From: an uncultured Nitrospinaceae bacterium
Lineage (GTDB): Bacteria > Nitrospinota > Nitrospinia > Nitrospinales > VA-1
Direction of reading: 5' to 3'
DNA length: 64,000 nucleotides
Assembly (NCBI GenBank): GCA_964584125.1
Contig: CAZOYP010000001.1
Span: forward strand, 54,952-118,951
The position numbers and the translations under genes are program-made. The notes under the pieces are model-generated. The model was not told the DNA's origin, made no database searches, and saw only the letters and a list, made by a program, of their open reading frames with translations. Of this stretch, positions 9,058 to 19,051 are shown one piece after another. Every line of letters starts with the position of its first letter. The stretch's first letter is position 1.

Positions 9058-10336
9058 AAATGGATGGATTATAGACCCAGACAATAATATAGATGGGCCA
9101 AAGGATCTATTGATTGATAAAGGAAAAATTAAAACTTTGGGATCTCCGGGAAAAATAAACATTGATGATGGAGAAAAAATAGCCATTATCGATGCAAAAA
9201 ACTGTGTTGTTTGCCCTGGATTAATAGATATGCATGTCCATTTTAGAGAACCTGGGTTTGAATATAAAGAAACTATAGAATCCGGGTGTAATTCTGCAGC
9301 AGCTGGTGGCTTTACTTCTGTAGCAGTCATGCCAAATACCAAACCTGTAAACGACACAAGATCTGTCACAGAGCACATTCTATCCTTAGCGAAGAAAGAA
9401 GGTATTATTAATTTATATGCCATTGCAGCTATCACAAAAAAACTTCAAGGTGAAAGTTTGTCGGAAATGTCTGATCTGAAGGATGCTGGAGCAATAGCGT
9501 TTTCAGATGATGGGCGTCCGGTTATGAATAATGAGCTTATGCGTAGAGCTTTTGAATACAGCAAAATGTTTAATCTCCCTTTGATTCAGCATAGTGAGGT
9601 TTTAGACCTCACTGAAGGCGGTTGTATGAATGAGGGAATGGTATCAACAGAACTTGGGTTAAAAGGTATGCCTTCAGAAGCTGAGGACATAATGGTATAC
9701 CGAGATATTGCCTTACTTGAAAAAACTGGGGGACGACTTCATGTTGCCCATATAAGTAGTAAAAATTCAGTTGAGCTAGTACGACAAGCAAAAGCCAAAG
9801 GATTATCTGTAACATGCGAAGTTGCACCTCATCATTTCACTTTGACTGATGAAGCCGTACGTGGATATGATACAAACACAAAAATGAGTCCTCCACTTCG
9901 CACAATCATAGATGTTGAAGCTATTAAAGAAGGCCTCAGCGATGGAACAATTGATATCATAGCAACAGACCATGCACCCCACGATATTGTGGATAAACAG
10001 GTTGAGTACCAGAATGCGTGCTTTGGTATAGTTGGATTAGAAACTGCCCTCCCTCTTTCTTTAAAACTAGTAGAAGAAAATGTTTTATCTATTTCTGATG
10101 TCATAAAAAAGCTGACTTCTGTCCCTGCTGAAATATTTAATTTGAATGGTGGGAGCCTTTCGCAAGGAAACGATGCAGATATTCTAATTTTTAACCCAAA
10201 TCATGGATACTCAATAGATATTTCAAAATTTCACTCCAAAAGCAAAAATAGTCCTTTTGACGGATGGAAGGTTAAGGGAAAGGTCATACACACTATAGTA
10301 AGAGGAAAAACTGTGTATTCAGGAACTGAGAATTAG
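9041..10336 (+). CDS. pyrC: Dihydroorotase
   Basis: Motifs DMHVHFREPG, ATDHAPH and VAPHH are present. ATG at 9041 follows GGGGG, so the ORF-track TTG at 9029 is probably an over-extension. Confidence 0.9.
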   Translation: MTVLIKNGWIIDPDNNIDGPKDLLIDKGKIKTLGSPGKINIDDGEKIAIIDAKNCVVCPGLIDMHVHFREPGFEYKETIESGCNSAAAGGFTSVAVMPNTKPVNDTRSVTEHILSLAKKEGIINLYAIAAITKKLQGESLSEMSDLKDAGAIAFSDDGRPVMNNELMRRAFEYSKMFNLPLIQHSEVLDLTEGGCMNEGMVSTELGLKGMPSEAEDIMVYRDIALLEKTGGRLHVAHISSKNSVELVRQAKAKGLSVTCEVAPHHFTLTDEAVRGYDTNTKMSPPLRTIIDVEAIKEGLSDGTIDIIATDHAPHDIVDKQVEYQNACFGIVGLETALPLSLKLVEENVLSISDVIKKLTSVPAEIFNLNGGSLSQGNDADILIFNPNHGYSIDISKFHSKSKNSPFDGWKVKGKVIHTIVRGKTVYSGTEN

Positions 10337-10368
10337 TATTCCATTTTAAAAGCCTTGAAAGTAATATT

Positions 10369-11493
10369 ATGAAAGCTGTTTTAGCCTTAGCTGATGGAAG
10401 AGTATTTGAAGGGACAGCCTTTGGTTCAGAAGGTGAGATTAGTGGAGAAGTAGTATTTAACACTAGTATGACGGGTTATCAAGAGGTTCTTACAGATCCA
10501 TCATATTATGGGCAGATGGTAGTTATGACCTATCCACTTATTGGTAACTATGGTGTTAATAACGAAGACTTTGAATCAGACCGACCTCATCTCTCAGCAT
10601 TCATTATAAAAGAATTAAGCTCTATTCCTAGTAGTTGGCGATCCAAAAACACATTGCACGGTTTTCTTAGTAAACATGGCATCATTGGACTACAAGGAAT
10701 TGACACAAGGGCCTTAACTCGTCACATTAGAAATATCGGAGCACAACAAGCAATTATTTCAACTAAATCATACGATCATCGATCATTAGTTTCCAAAGCA
10801 AAATGCTTGCCTTCTTTGAAAGGACAAGATTTAGTAAAAGAAGTAACTTGCAAAACACCCTATGAATGGACTGAGGGGGAGTGGGTATCGACAAATGGGG
10901 AAACCTTCTTCAAAAAAACGTTAAAACATAAATATTTTGTTATTGCTTACGATTTTGGAATAAAAAGAAATATTTTAAGAAAGCTTGCTCAAGAAAAATG
11001 CCTAGTGAAGGTAGTGCCTGCATCAATGCCAGCTAAAGATGTTCTAGAAATGAAACCAGATGGTGTTTTTTTATCAAACGGCCCCGGAGATCCAGCAGCA
11101 GTAAGATATGCCTTCGAAAATGTGAAATACTTAATCGGGAAAGTCCCAATATTTGGAATATGTTTAGGACATCAAATACTTAGCCTTGCATTGGGAGCCA
11201 ACAGTTATAAATTAAAATTTGGTCATCATGGTGGAAATCAACCCATTTTAAATTTAAAAGAAAAAAAAGTGGAAATAACTTCTCAAAATCATGGGTTTGC
11301 TATAGATGCAGACTCTCTAGAAAATGATTGCACAATTACTTCCACTAACCTAAATGACAATACAGTTGAAGGAATTCGACATAAGACTCTCCCAATTATA
11401 TCTGTTCAGTACCATCCGGAAGCATCTCCAGGCCCGCAAGATTCATCATATCTGTTTAAAGAGTTTACCAATCTGTTGGATTTGTATAAATGA
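10369..11493 (+). CDS. carA: Carbamoyl-phosphate synthase small (glutaminase) subunit
   Basis: It has FNTSMTGYQE, the catalytic GICLGHQ, and the HPE tail. Confidence 0.92.
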   Translation: MKAVLALADGRVFEGTAFGSEGEISGEVVFNTSMTGYQEVLTDPSYYGQMVVMTYPLIGNYGVNNEDFESDRPHLSAFIIKELSSIPSSWRSKNTLHGFLSKHGIIGLQGIDTRALTRHIRNIGAQQAIISTKSYDHRSLVSKAKCLPSLKGQDLVKEVTCKTPYEWTEGEWVSTNGETFFKKTLKHKYFVIAYDFGIKRNILRKLAQEKCLVKVVPASMPAKDVLEMKPDGVFLSNGPGDPAAVRYAFENVKYLIGKVPIFGICLGHQILSLALGANSYKLKFGHHGGNQPILNLKEKKVEITSQNHGFAIDADSLENDCTITSTNLNDNTVEGIRHKTLPIISVQYHPEASPGPQDSSYLFKEFTNLLDLYK

Positions 11494-12362
11494 TAAAAGA
11501 TAGCCTTGATTATTTAATCAAAATTGCCATAGACCACCCGTATTCAAATGATCTATTGCTAGCTCGCAAAGAATATCAAAAGTATACCGGTGAAATTTTT
11601 GAAGATGATAAATCTTATGAAGATAGAATGGCCTTATTTCTCGAGTGGTATATTTTTGAACGTATTGAACCTTCTAAAGAAAAAACGGTTCTTGAAGCGA
11701 TAATTAGCAATAGCAAAGAACTACCATCCAACATATTAGTAAATATTAAACAATTTATTAATAATATCCATGGTCTTTTTATCGTTAAAAAAATAAAGGC
11801 TGATTCGGTACGAGTAATAAATTTATTTAACGACAAAAAATATGACGTTTATGAACCATCCAGCAAACTATACTTTAGTAAAGATAATGTTTTTGAGGGA
11901 AGGCTTCTTCCCCACGAAGAATCTTACTTTTTTACAGGTAATTTTTGTTTTCATCCAAATGGGACTAAAAAGTATATTAAAAGTGAGATAAAAAAAATTA
12001 TCTCTGCTCAGAAATCAAATGAAAAAGAATTGGCTTCAAAAAAAACAACGATGAATAAGGAGTTTAAAGTTTTAAATAATACAACCGGCTCTATAAAAAA
12101 ATTACAAGAAAGGCTTATAACATTAAACAATGAAAAAGAAATAACCAAAATTCAAAAAAAAATAGCCGGGCTTGAACCCATAAAGTCAATACAAGAAGAA
12201 AAGTGCCGCCTGCTTGAAAAAGATATTGTGATATTCACTCACACTAAAATACATAGACAAGCCAAATTAGATAAAACTTTACTAATGCAAAAACTTGCTT
12301 ATATGCGATTACTTTTTGAACGTTCTCGTAATATAGAACTTAAGAATATTTATAAAAATTAA
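11490..12362 (+). CDS. Hypothetical protein embedded between carA and carB (globular N-terminal part + Lys-rich coiled-coil C-terminus)
   Basis: An ATGA overlap joins it to the carA stop, and a TAATG overlap joins it to the carB start. At 290 aa it has no motif I recognise. Confidence 0.7.
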   Translation: MIKDSLDYLIKIAIDHPYSNDLLLARKEYQKYTGEIFEDDKSYEDRMALFLEWYIFERIEPSKEKTVLEAIISNSKELPSNILVNIKQFINNIHGLFIVKKIKADSVRVINLFNDKKYDVYEPSSKLYFSKDNVFEGRLLPHEESYFFTGNFCFHPNGTKKYIKSEIKKIISAQKSNEKELASKKTTMNKEFKVLNNTTGSIKKLQERLITLNNEKEITKIQKKIAGLEPIKSIQEEKCRLLEKDIVIFTHTKIHRQAKLDKTLLMQKLAYMRLLFERSRNIELKNIYKN

Positions 12363-15300
12363 TGCCTAAAAGGTCTGACATAAAAAGAATTTTACTAATT
12401 GGGGCAGGTCCTATTGTTATAGGACAAGCTTGTGAATTTGATTATTCTGGAACTCAAGCATGCAAAGCTTTAAAGGAAGAAGGCTACGAGGTTATATTGG
12501 TAAATAGCAACCCAGCTACCATTATGACCGATCCAGAATTTGCAGATAAAACCTATGTAGAACCAGTAACCCCAGAAATTGTTGAGATGATAATAAAAAA
12601 GGATCGTCCTGACGCCCTGTTACCAACAATGGGAGGACAGACTGCACTGAATACTGCCTTAGCTCTTGCTGATAAAGGCATTCTTTCATTTTATAATGTT
12701 AAACTAATTGGAGCCGATATTAATTCCATTCGAAAAGCTGAAAACCGTCAGCTTTTTAAAGAGGCAATGAAAAACATAGAGTTAGAAGTTCCTCCCAGTG
12801 GTCATGCCCAAACTCTTGATCAAGCGCGTAAAATTATCAATAATACTGGTTTCCCCGCTATCATCCGTCCGTATTTTACTCTAGGAGGTAGCGGTGGAAG
12901 CATAGCATATGACCACGATGAATTCGATTCTCTAGTAAAAACGGCACTTCACATAAGCCCCACTAGTGAAGTTCTTATAGAAAAGTCTCTCATAGGGTGG
13001 AAAGAATATGAACTCGAGGTGATGCGCGATCATAAAGATAATGTTGTCATAGTGTGTTCGATTGAAAATCTTGACCCAATGGGAATACATACTGGTGATA
13101 GTATTACAGTTGCTCCAGTACAAACATTAACTGACAAAGAATATCAACTAATGCGGAACGCAGCAATCGACATAATTCGAGAGATTGGTGTCGAAACTGG
13201 TGGCTCTAATATTCAATTTGCTCTCGATCCTATAAATGGAGATATGATAGTAATTGAGATGAATCCACGGGTATCAAGAAGTTCAGCCTTGGCTTCAAAA
13301 GCAACCGGATTTCCAATAGCCAAAATTGCAGCGAAACTTGCCGTTGGATATACTTTAAATGAAATTAAAAATGATATTACTCGTGTAACCCCTGTCTCAT
13401 TTGAACCAACAATAGATTATTGCGTTGTAAAAATTCCACGATTTAGTTTTGAAAAATTCTTTACAACCGATCCTATTCTTTCAACACAAATGAAATCGGT
13501 AGGAGAAGTAATGGCAATAGGACGTACCTTTAAAGAATCCCTAAATAAAGCACTACGTTCATTAGAAATTGATGTTTTTGGATTAAGTAAAAATATCAAG
13601 GGTGTATCTAAAAATTCTTCATTAAATCAAAAAAATATTCGAAATAAATTAAGTAATCTATTAAAAAAACCTATTTGGGATCGGTTGTGGTACGTAGCAG
13701 AAGCTATGAGAAACGGGTTTTCTGTTAAAGAAATACATAAAAGTACTTTTATTGACCCATGGTTCCTTCAAAATATTCAAGATCTTCTCAATATTGAAAG
13801 TGAACTTATTTCAGTGAGGCATATTAATGATATTCCTGAAAGTCTCCTTAACCAAGCTAAAGAAAACGGTTACTCAGATATTTTTATTGCGAAAATTCTA
13901 AAATGTAACCCAATGGATGTTACTTTAAAAAGAAATTTAGCCAAAATTAAACCTGTCTATAAAAGAGTGGATACCTGTGGAGCTGAGTTTGAAGCTCACA
14001 CACCTTATCTATATTCGACTTATGAGAAAGAGTGTGAGGCTGAACCCACAAACAAAAAGAAAATAATGATACTTGGAGGAGGTCCTAACCGTATCGGTCA
14101 AGGAATTGAATTTGACTATTGCTGTGTTCATGCATCTTTTGCACTGAAAGAAGCAGGTTACGAAACAATTATGGTTAACTGCAATCCAGAAACCGTAAGC
14201 ACTGATTATGATACTTCTGACCGACTCTATTTTGAACCACTAACTTTTGAGGATGTTTCAAATATTGTAGAAGTCGAAAAACCAGATGGTGTGATTGTTC
14301 AGTTTGGAGGACAAACTCCCTTAAAACTTGCTGTGCCACTGATGAATGCTGGAGTTCCAATCATTGGAACGAGTCCAGAAAATATTGACCGCGCAGAAAA
14401 CAGAAAACTTTTCTCCCAAGTTATGACTAAGCTTAATTTAAAACAACCTGCTAATGGTACTGCAACTACATGTAAAGAGGCTCAGCTCATTGCTGATGAA
14501 ATTGGTTATCCTGTTGTTGTTCGTCCTTCCTACGTTTTGGGTGGGCGCGCAATGGAAATTGTATATGACCAAGAGAGCCTTGAATATTATATGGAACATG
14601 CTGTTGAAGCGTCACCTGAACATCCGGTCTTAATAGATGATTTTCTTAAAAATGCAATAGAAATTGATGTAGATGCTATTTCTGACGGGAAATCAGTTAC
14701 TATTGGCGGTGTTATGGAACACATTGAGGAAGCAGGTATTCATTCTGGGGACAGCGCCTGCTCTCTACCAACCTTTTCTATAAAATCTAAAGTAATAGAA
14801 TCTATAAAAGATCAAACACGTAAGCTTGCTTTAGAGCTAAATGTTATAGGATTGATAAATATCCAATTTGCAGTTAAAGATGAAGAGATATTTATTTTGG
14901 AGGTCAACCCTAGGGCATCTAGGACGATACCATTTGTTAGTAAAACTACAGGAATTCCACTTGCTAAAATGGCTTCTCTTGTCATGGTTGGTAAAACATT
15001 AAGTCAGCTTGGATTAACTCAGGAAGTAAGTGTGTCCCATATTGCTATCAAGGAATCTGTTTTCCCATTCAACAAATTCGATAACGTGGATACGCTTTTA
15101 GGGCCAGAAATGAAGTCTACAGGTGAAGTAATGGGAATTGATAATTCTTTTGGAATGGCATTTGCTAAAGCACAACTAGCAACAGGCATTAAACTTTTAG
15201 ACAAAGGATCTGTGTTTATTAGTGTTAAGGATTCAGATAAACTTAAATCTCTTGAGATAGCTAGAGACTTTTCTAAATATGGCTATAAGATTTTTGCAAC

Positions 15301-15610
15301 TAAAGGAACAGCTCAATTTCTAACCCAAAACAACTTAAATGTTTTTACTATTAACAAGGTTAAGGAAGGATCACCACATATCGTTGAAAAAATAGAAAAT
15401 GGAGATATTCAATTTGTTATCAATACAACATTTGGAGAACAATCAATAAAGGATTCATTTTCTTTGAGGCGGGCTTCTATCAATACAAATACGCCATATT
15501 ATACTACCATTGCAGGGTCGCTTGCTCTTCTTAAAGCGTTGGAAGCCTTGAGGGAAAATAACATGGCCGTCACACCTCTACAGGATTGGAATACAACTCA
15601 GTTAGTATGA
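12362..15610 (+). CDS. carB: Carbamoyl-phosphate synthase large subunit
   Basis: At 1082 aa it has two ATP-grasp halves ([15 protein letters not shown] / [15 protein letters not shown]) and a C-terminal MGS-like domain. Confidence 0.95.
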   Translation: MPKRSDIKRILLIGAGPIVIGQACEFDYSGTQACKALKEEGYEVILVNSNPATIMTDPEFADKTYVEPVTPEIVEMIIKKDRPDALLPTMGGQTALNTALALADKGILSFYNVKLIGADINSIRKAENRQLFKEAMKNIELEVPPSGHAQTLDQARKIINNTGFPAIIRPYFTLGGSGGSIAYDHDEFDSLVKTALHISPTSEVLIEKSLIGWKEYELEVMRDHKDNVVIVCSIENLDPMGIHTGDSITVAPVQTLTDKEYQLMRNAAIDIIREIGVETGGSNIQFALDPINGDMIVIEMNPRVSRSSALASKATGFPIAKIAAKLAVGYTLNEIKNDITRVTPVSFEPTIDYCVVKIPRFSFEKFFTTDPILSTQMKSVGEVMAIGRTFKESLNKALRSLEIDVFGLSKNIKGVSKNSSLNQKNIRNKLSNLLKKPIWDRLWYVAEAMRNGFSVKEIHKSTFIDPWFLQNIQDLLNIESELISVRHINDIPESLLNQAKENGYSDIFIAKILKCNPMDVTLKRNLAKIKPVYKRVDTCGAEFEAHTPYLYSTYEKECEAEPTNKKKIMILGGGPNRIGQGIEFDYCCVHASFALKEAGYETIMVNCNPETVSTDYDTSDRLYFEPLTFEDVSNIVEVEKPDGVIVQFGGQTPLKLAVPLMNAGVPIIGTSPENIDRAENRKLFSQVMTKLNLKQPANGTATTCKEAQLIADEIGYPVVVRPSYVLGGRAMEIVYDQESLEYYMEHAVEASPEHPVLIDDFLKNAIEIDVDAISDGKSVTIGGVMEHIEEAGIHSGDSACSLPTFSIKSKVIESIKDQTRKLALELNVIGLINIQFAVKDEEIFILEVNPRASRTIPFVSKTTGIPLAKMASLVMVGKTLSQLGLTQEVSVSHIAIKESVFPFNKFDNVDTLLGPEMKSTGEVMGIDNSFGMAFAKAQLATGIKLLDKGSVFISVKDSDKLKSLEIARDFSKYGYKIFATKGTAQFLTQNNLNVFTINKVKEGSPHIVEKIENGDIQFVINTTFGEQSIKDSFSLRRASINTNTPYYTTIAGSLALLKALEALRENNMAVTPLQDWNTTQLV

Positions 15611-16669
15611 TAAGGACGAAAGCCCCATAAAAGACCCCCAAGTTATATCTTTATGATGTAACTGATTATCTATTTTTTCTTTTTTTGATTCTTTAATTTT
15701 AGGTACAACTAAGTCACCTGGGATAAAATCTATACCGGTAACAATTTGGGCTTTCGAAAATCGGCCTTGAACCTCACGAATCTTTAGTATGCCTTTCCGA
15801 TTGTAATTATCACCTAAATCCACTTTGTCAACCGGATCATTGAATGAAGACTCTACAGAAAATACTGTAAATAAATCCTGCACTTTAACTCCATTTATTT
15901 TTCCTAAATTAATAATAGCGCTATTATTTTTATAATCAACTGCTATTAAATCCCCCTCAAGTGGAAGACTATTCAATATTTTATAAATAAAAGTTGTAAC
16001 TTGGCTATTTAGCAGCCATAAAGCTATACCGCTTGAATGAGATTTAAATTTATTCGATTTATAGTCACTATTCGGCAAGTTTAAATCAAAGGTCTTTCTT
16101 CCAGTATTTGAATTTTGGGTAAATATCTTTTTTGCTAGCAATCTACCTGTATGTAAGTTCACTATCTCTACATTAGCCTGAATATAAGCACTTTCTCTAT
16201 GAAATTTAGCTTGTTTAGTTGTGTGACCTTCCTGAAGGGGGTTAGTATCAGATTCAAATAATAAAATAGCCCCACTAATTTTATATTGGCTCAATGGCTT
16301 ACTTTTGGATGGAGTAAGATTTATGAGTTTTTGCCGAGTATTATTTATATTTTCTTCTTCTCCATCTACTTCATTTGAAACCTGTATTTTTTTATCATCA
16401 GCATCATCTAGTGATTTTAATTGCACTATTTGATATTTACCCAAAACAGCAAGGCTGTTTTTCAACATATCGGTAAAAATCATGCCTGGTTTAAAAGGCT
16501 TCTCCCATTTAACAGGTTCGGAAAATGTTTCAAGGGACAATTTTTTTATATATCTTGCATCTGCATTATTCTCTGAGATTAAAATTAAAGTAATTGCAAT
16601 AAATGGAATTACATAAGCCTTAATAAATATATTTTTAAATAAAATATTCATAACTTTACCTATCGACAC
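15602..16669 (-). CDS. Exported protein, weakly CsgG/LpoB-like N-terminal module with a beta-rich C-terminal domain
   Basis: A hydrophobic N-terminal signal or anchor is present. The block [11 protein letters not shown]...[21 protein letters not shown] resembles the CsgG-type lipoprotein pattern. It overlaps the carB end by 9 nt, convergently. Confidence 0.3.
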   Translation of the reverse strand: MSIGKVMNILFKNIFIKAYVIPFIAITLILISENNADARYIKKLSLETFSEPVKWEKPFKPGMIFTDMLKNSLAVLGKYQIVQLKSLDDADDKKIQVSNEVDGEEENINNTRQKLINLTPSKSKPLSQYKISGAILLFESDTNPLQEGHTTKQAKFHRESAYIQANVEIVNLHTGRLLAKKIFTQNSNTGRKTFDLNLPNSDYKSNKFKSHSSGIALWLLNSQVTTFIYKILNSLPLEGDLIAVDYKNNSAIINLGKINGVKVQDLFTVFSVESSFNDPVDKVDLGDNYNRKGILKIREVQGRFSKAQIVTGIDFIPGDLVVPKIKESKKEKIDNQLHHKDITWGSFMGLSSLSY

Positions 16670-16797
16670 TTTCTAATAAAAACTTCAAATTAAATTTATT
16701 TATATATGAAAATTATCATGATTTACCATCAGTTTTAGCTTCAACACATCCCCTATCATCTTGACCTGAGACCTATAGGAAAGTACAATCATTCGCT

Positions 16798-17559
16798 ATG
16801 AAAAAGCCATTTTTTTTCCTTATTGCTACCTTATTTTTAATCCCAAGTTATCAAGTGGAGGCTAATTTAGCTCCAGATGGGATGGTTCTCGTTAAAAAGG
16901 GCTGTTTTATGATGGGGACCAACAAACTTCATGATTATTTGGCTTTTGATCCAAATACACGAGAACGTCCTAATGATCGAGAGCGACCTGTTCATAAGGT
17001 TTGTCTTGATTCTTTTTTTTTGGATATTTATGAGACAACTCAAGAAAAATGGGAGAAAATGAAACTACAAAATAATTCTGTATACAAAGCACCAAATATT
17101 GCTGTTAATCAAATCAAATGGGAAGATGCAAATGATTACTGTAAAAAAACTGGGAATCGACTTCCTACTGAAGCAGAATGGGAATATGCAGCTAGAGCGG
17201 GAACTGCTACTGAGTATCCCTGGGGAGAAAAAATAAATAGAGATTATTTATGGTATGGAGGAAATTCTGGCCATACTCACCATCCGGTAGGTACTAGAAA
17301 ACCAAATCCATGGGGACTATACGACATGTTGGGGGGTGTTTGGGAGTGGGTCAGTGACTGGTATGGGGAGTTCTACTACAAGACAAGCCCAAAACAAAAC
17401 CCAAAAGGCCCTAAAAATATTATAAGCTGGCACGTTATTAGAGGGGGCTCTTGGGTGGATGACAAACAATTTGTTCGAACTACTATCCGGTACCCAGGAT
17501 TAGCTGATAATACATATGATTTTTGGGTTGGGTTTCGCTGCGCTAGAGATATAAAGTAA
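16798..17559 (+). CDS. Secreted formylglycine-generating-enzyme (SUMF1/FGE-sulfatase) domain protein
   Basis: It has a signal peptide and the motifs RLPTEAEWEYAARAG, PNPWGLYDMLGGVWEWVSDWY, RGGSW and GFRCA. Confidence 0.8.
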   Translation: MKKPFFFLIATLFLIPSYQVEANLAPDGMVLVKKGCFMMGTNKLHDYLAFDPNTRERPNDRERPVHKVCLDSFFLDIYETTQEKWEKMKLQNNSVYKAPNIAVNQIKWEDANDYCKKTGNRLPTEAEWEYAARAGTATEYPWGEKINRDYLWYGGNSGHTHHPVGTRKPNPWGLYDMLGGVWEWVSDWYGEFYYKTSPKQNPKGPKNIISWHVIRGGSWVDDKQFVRTTIRYPGLADNTYDFWVGFRCARDIK

Positions 17560-17589
17560 AAAGTTGCATAGATCAAAACTCACTCCTAA

Positions 17590-18234
17590 ATGCCTTTAAT
17601 TTTTGATACTCGAAAAGCTAATCGATTATATAAAAAATTGAGCTTAAGTGTACCAATTACTAAAACAGAATTAATCTATACTAATCACTTTGAGTTACTA
17701 ATAGCAGTAATGCTTACTGCTCAAACAACTGATAAAATAGTAAATCAAATAACACCATCCCTTTTTAAAAAATACCCAACCCCAGAAAGCTTGATTCTTT
17801 GTGGTGAAACTAGATTAAAAAATTTAATAAAAAAAATTGGATTAGCACCTACTAAATCAAAAAATATTATTAGAACATGCCATTTGTTATTAAAAAACTA
17901 TCAAGGAAAAATCCCAAACACTAGGGAGGAACTAGAAAAACTTCCAGGTGTTGGTAGAAAAACAGCTAACGTTGTTTTAAATGAGGCATTTGATATTCCC
18001 ACGATAGCTGTTGACACGCATGTTTTTAGAGTTGCTAATCGCACGGGATTAGCCAAAGGAAAAAATGTCCTTGAAACAGAAAAAAAATTACTCGAAATAA
18101 CTCCAAATAAATGGAAAAAAGATGCCCATCACTACCTAATCCTTCATGGTCGATATGTATGCAAAGCAAAAAATTTTCATTGTTCGGATTGTTCAATTAC
18201 GGAAGAATGTCAGTTTCAGGATAAAGTTATATAA
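17590..18234 (+). CDS. nth: Endonuclease III
   Basis: It has the HhH motif LPGVGRKTANVVL and the 4Fe-4S pattern C-x6-C-x2-C-x5-C (CKAKNFHCSDCSITEEC). Confidence 0.9.
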   Translation: MPLIFDTRKANRLYKKLSLSVPITKTELIYTNHFELLIAVMLTAQTTDKIVNQITPSLFKKYPTPESLILCGETRLKNLIKKIGLAPTKSKNIIRTCHLLLKNYQGKIPNTREELEKLPGVGRKTANVVLNEAFDIPTIAVDTHVFRVANRTGLAKGKNVLETEKKLLEITPNKWKKDAHHYLILHGRYVCKAKNFHCSDCSITEECQFQDKVI

Positions 18235-19008
18235 ATGGCTAGACAAAACAAAAATGATTACTTAGAATTTTTAAATCGATTGAGCACAGTACTGAGCGAT
18301 GACGCAATAATTTCTACACTTGGTTATATACAATACTTTAAAAAAAAATATCCATTTCAAAAAATAATAATAGGAGATCAGAATCCCAAACGAGCACTAA
18401 TTTCTGCAGGAATTCATGGTGATGAACAAGCTGGCGTAGAAACAATATATTCTTTTTTTGAAAGTGAAAGATACAAAGCACATTTAGATCAGTGGGAAAT
18501 TACTATTCTCCCATGTGTAAACCCATATGGGTTTGAAAACAACACACGTGAAAATTATGATAATAAAGATTTAAATCGTTTCTTTAAGCATCAGGTTCCA
18601 CCACTTGAAGTGCAGTTAGCAAAATCAAGTATTAAGTTTTCGTATTTTGATATATCAATAGAATTACATGAGGATAAAGATAGTTATGGTTATTATTTAT
18701 TTCAGAAATCAAATCAACCCAATGGCCTTAACGTTGGGTTTAAAGTTATTGAAGCAGTAAAGGGGGTTATGCCGATTAACCTAGATGATACAATTGAGAG
18801 TCTGCCTTCGGAAAACGGGGTAATTCATAAAATAAAAGAATTAGAAGAAATGGAGTGGTGGCCTATGGCTTGCTATTCCCTAGCCATGAAAACAGGCCAC
18901 TGCTTAACACTTGAAACTCCAAGTAAGCTTCCTATCTCTGTTCGGGTAAAAGCACACCTTGAAGCCTTAGACCATGCCCTAGCCTATTGTTCAAAGAAAA
19001 CTGAGTAA
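18235..19008 (+). CDS. M14-type zinc carboxypeptidase / succinylglutamate desuccinylase-aspartoacylase family protein
   Basis: It has the zinc motif SAGIHGDEQAG and a distal ELHED. It starts directly after the nth stop. Confidence 0.6.
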   Translation: MARQNKNDYLEFLNRLSTVLSDDAIISTLGYIQYFKKKYPFQKIIIGDQNPKRALISAGIHGDEQAGVETIYSFFESERYKAHLDQWEITILPCVNPYGFENNTRENYDNKDLNRFFKHQVPPLEVQLAKSSIKFSYFDISIELHEDKDSYGYYLFQKSNQPNGLNVGFKVIEAVKGVMPINLDDTIESLPSENGVIHKIKELEEMEWWPMACYSLAMKTGHCLTLETPSKLPISVRVKAHLEALDHALAYCSKKTE

Positions 19009-19051
19009 CTAAAAGTTAAAAATAAAAAACAATGAAAAGGCTAAGCTGAAA

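Noticed and set aside
17440-17559. Possibility that the FGE/C-type-lectin-fold C-termini (here and at 58437-58560) are diversity-generating retroelement variable regions
   Set aside because: The window contains no reverse transcriptase and no nearby template repeat copy of either C-terminal coding segment.
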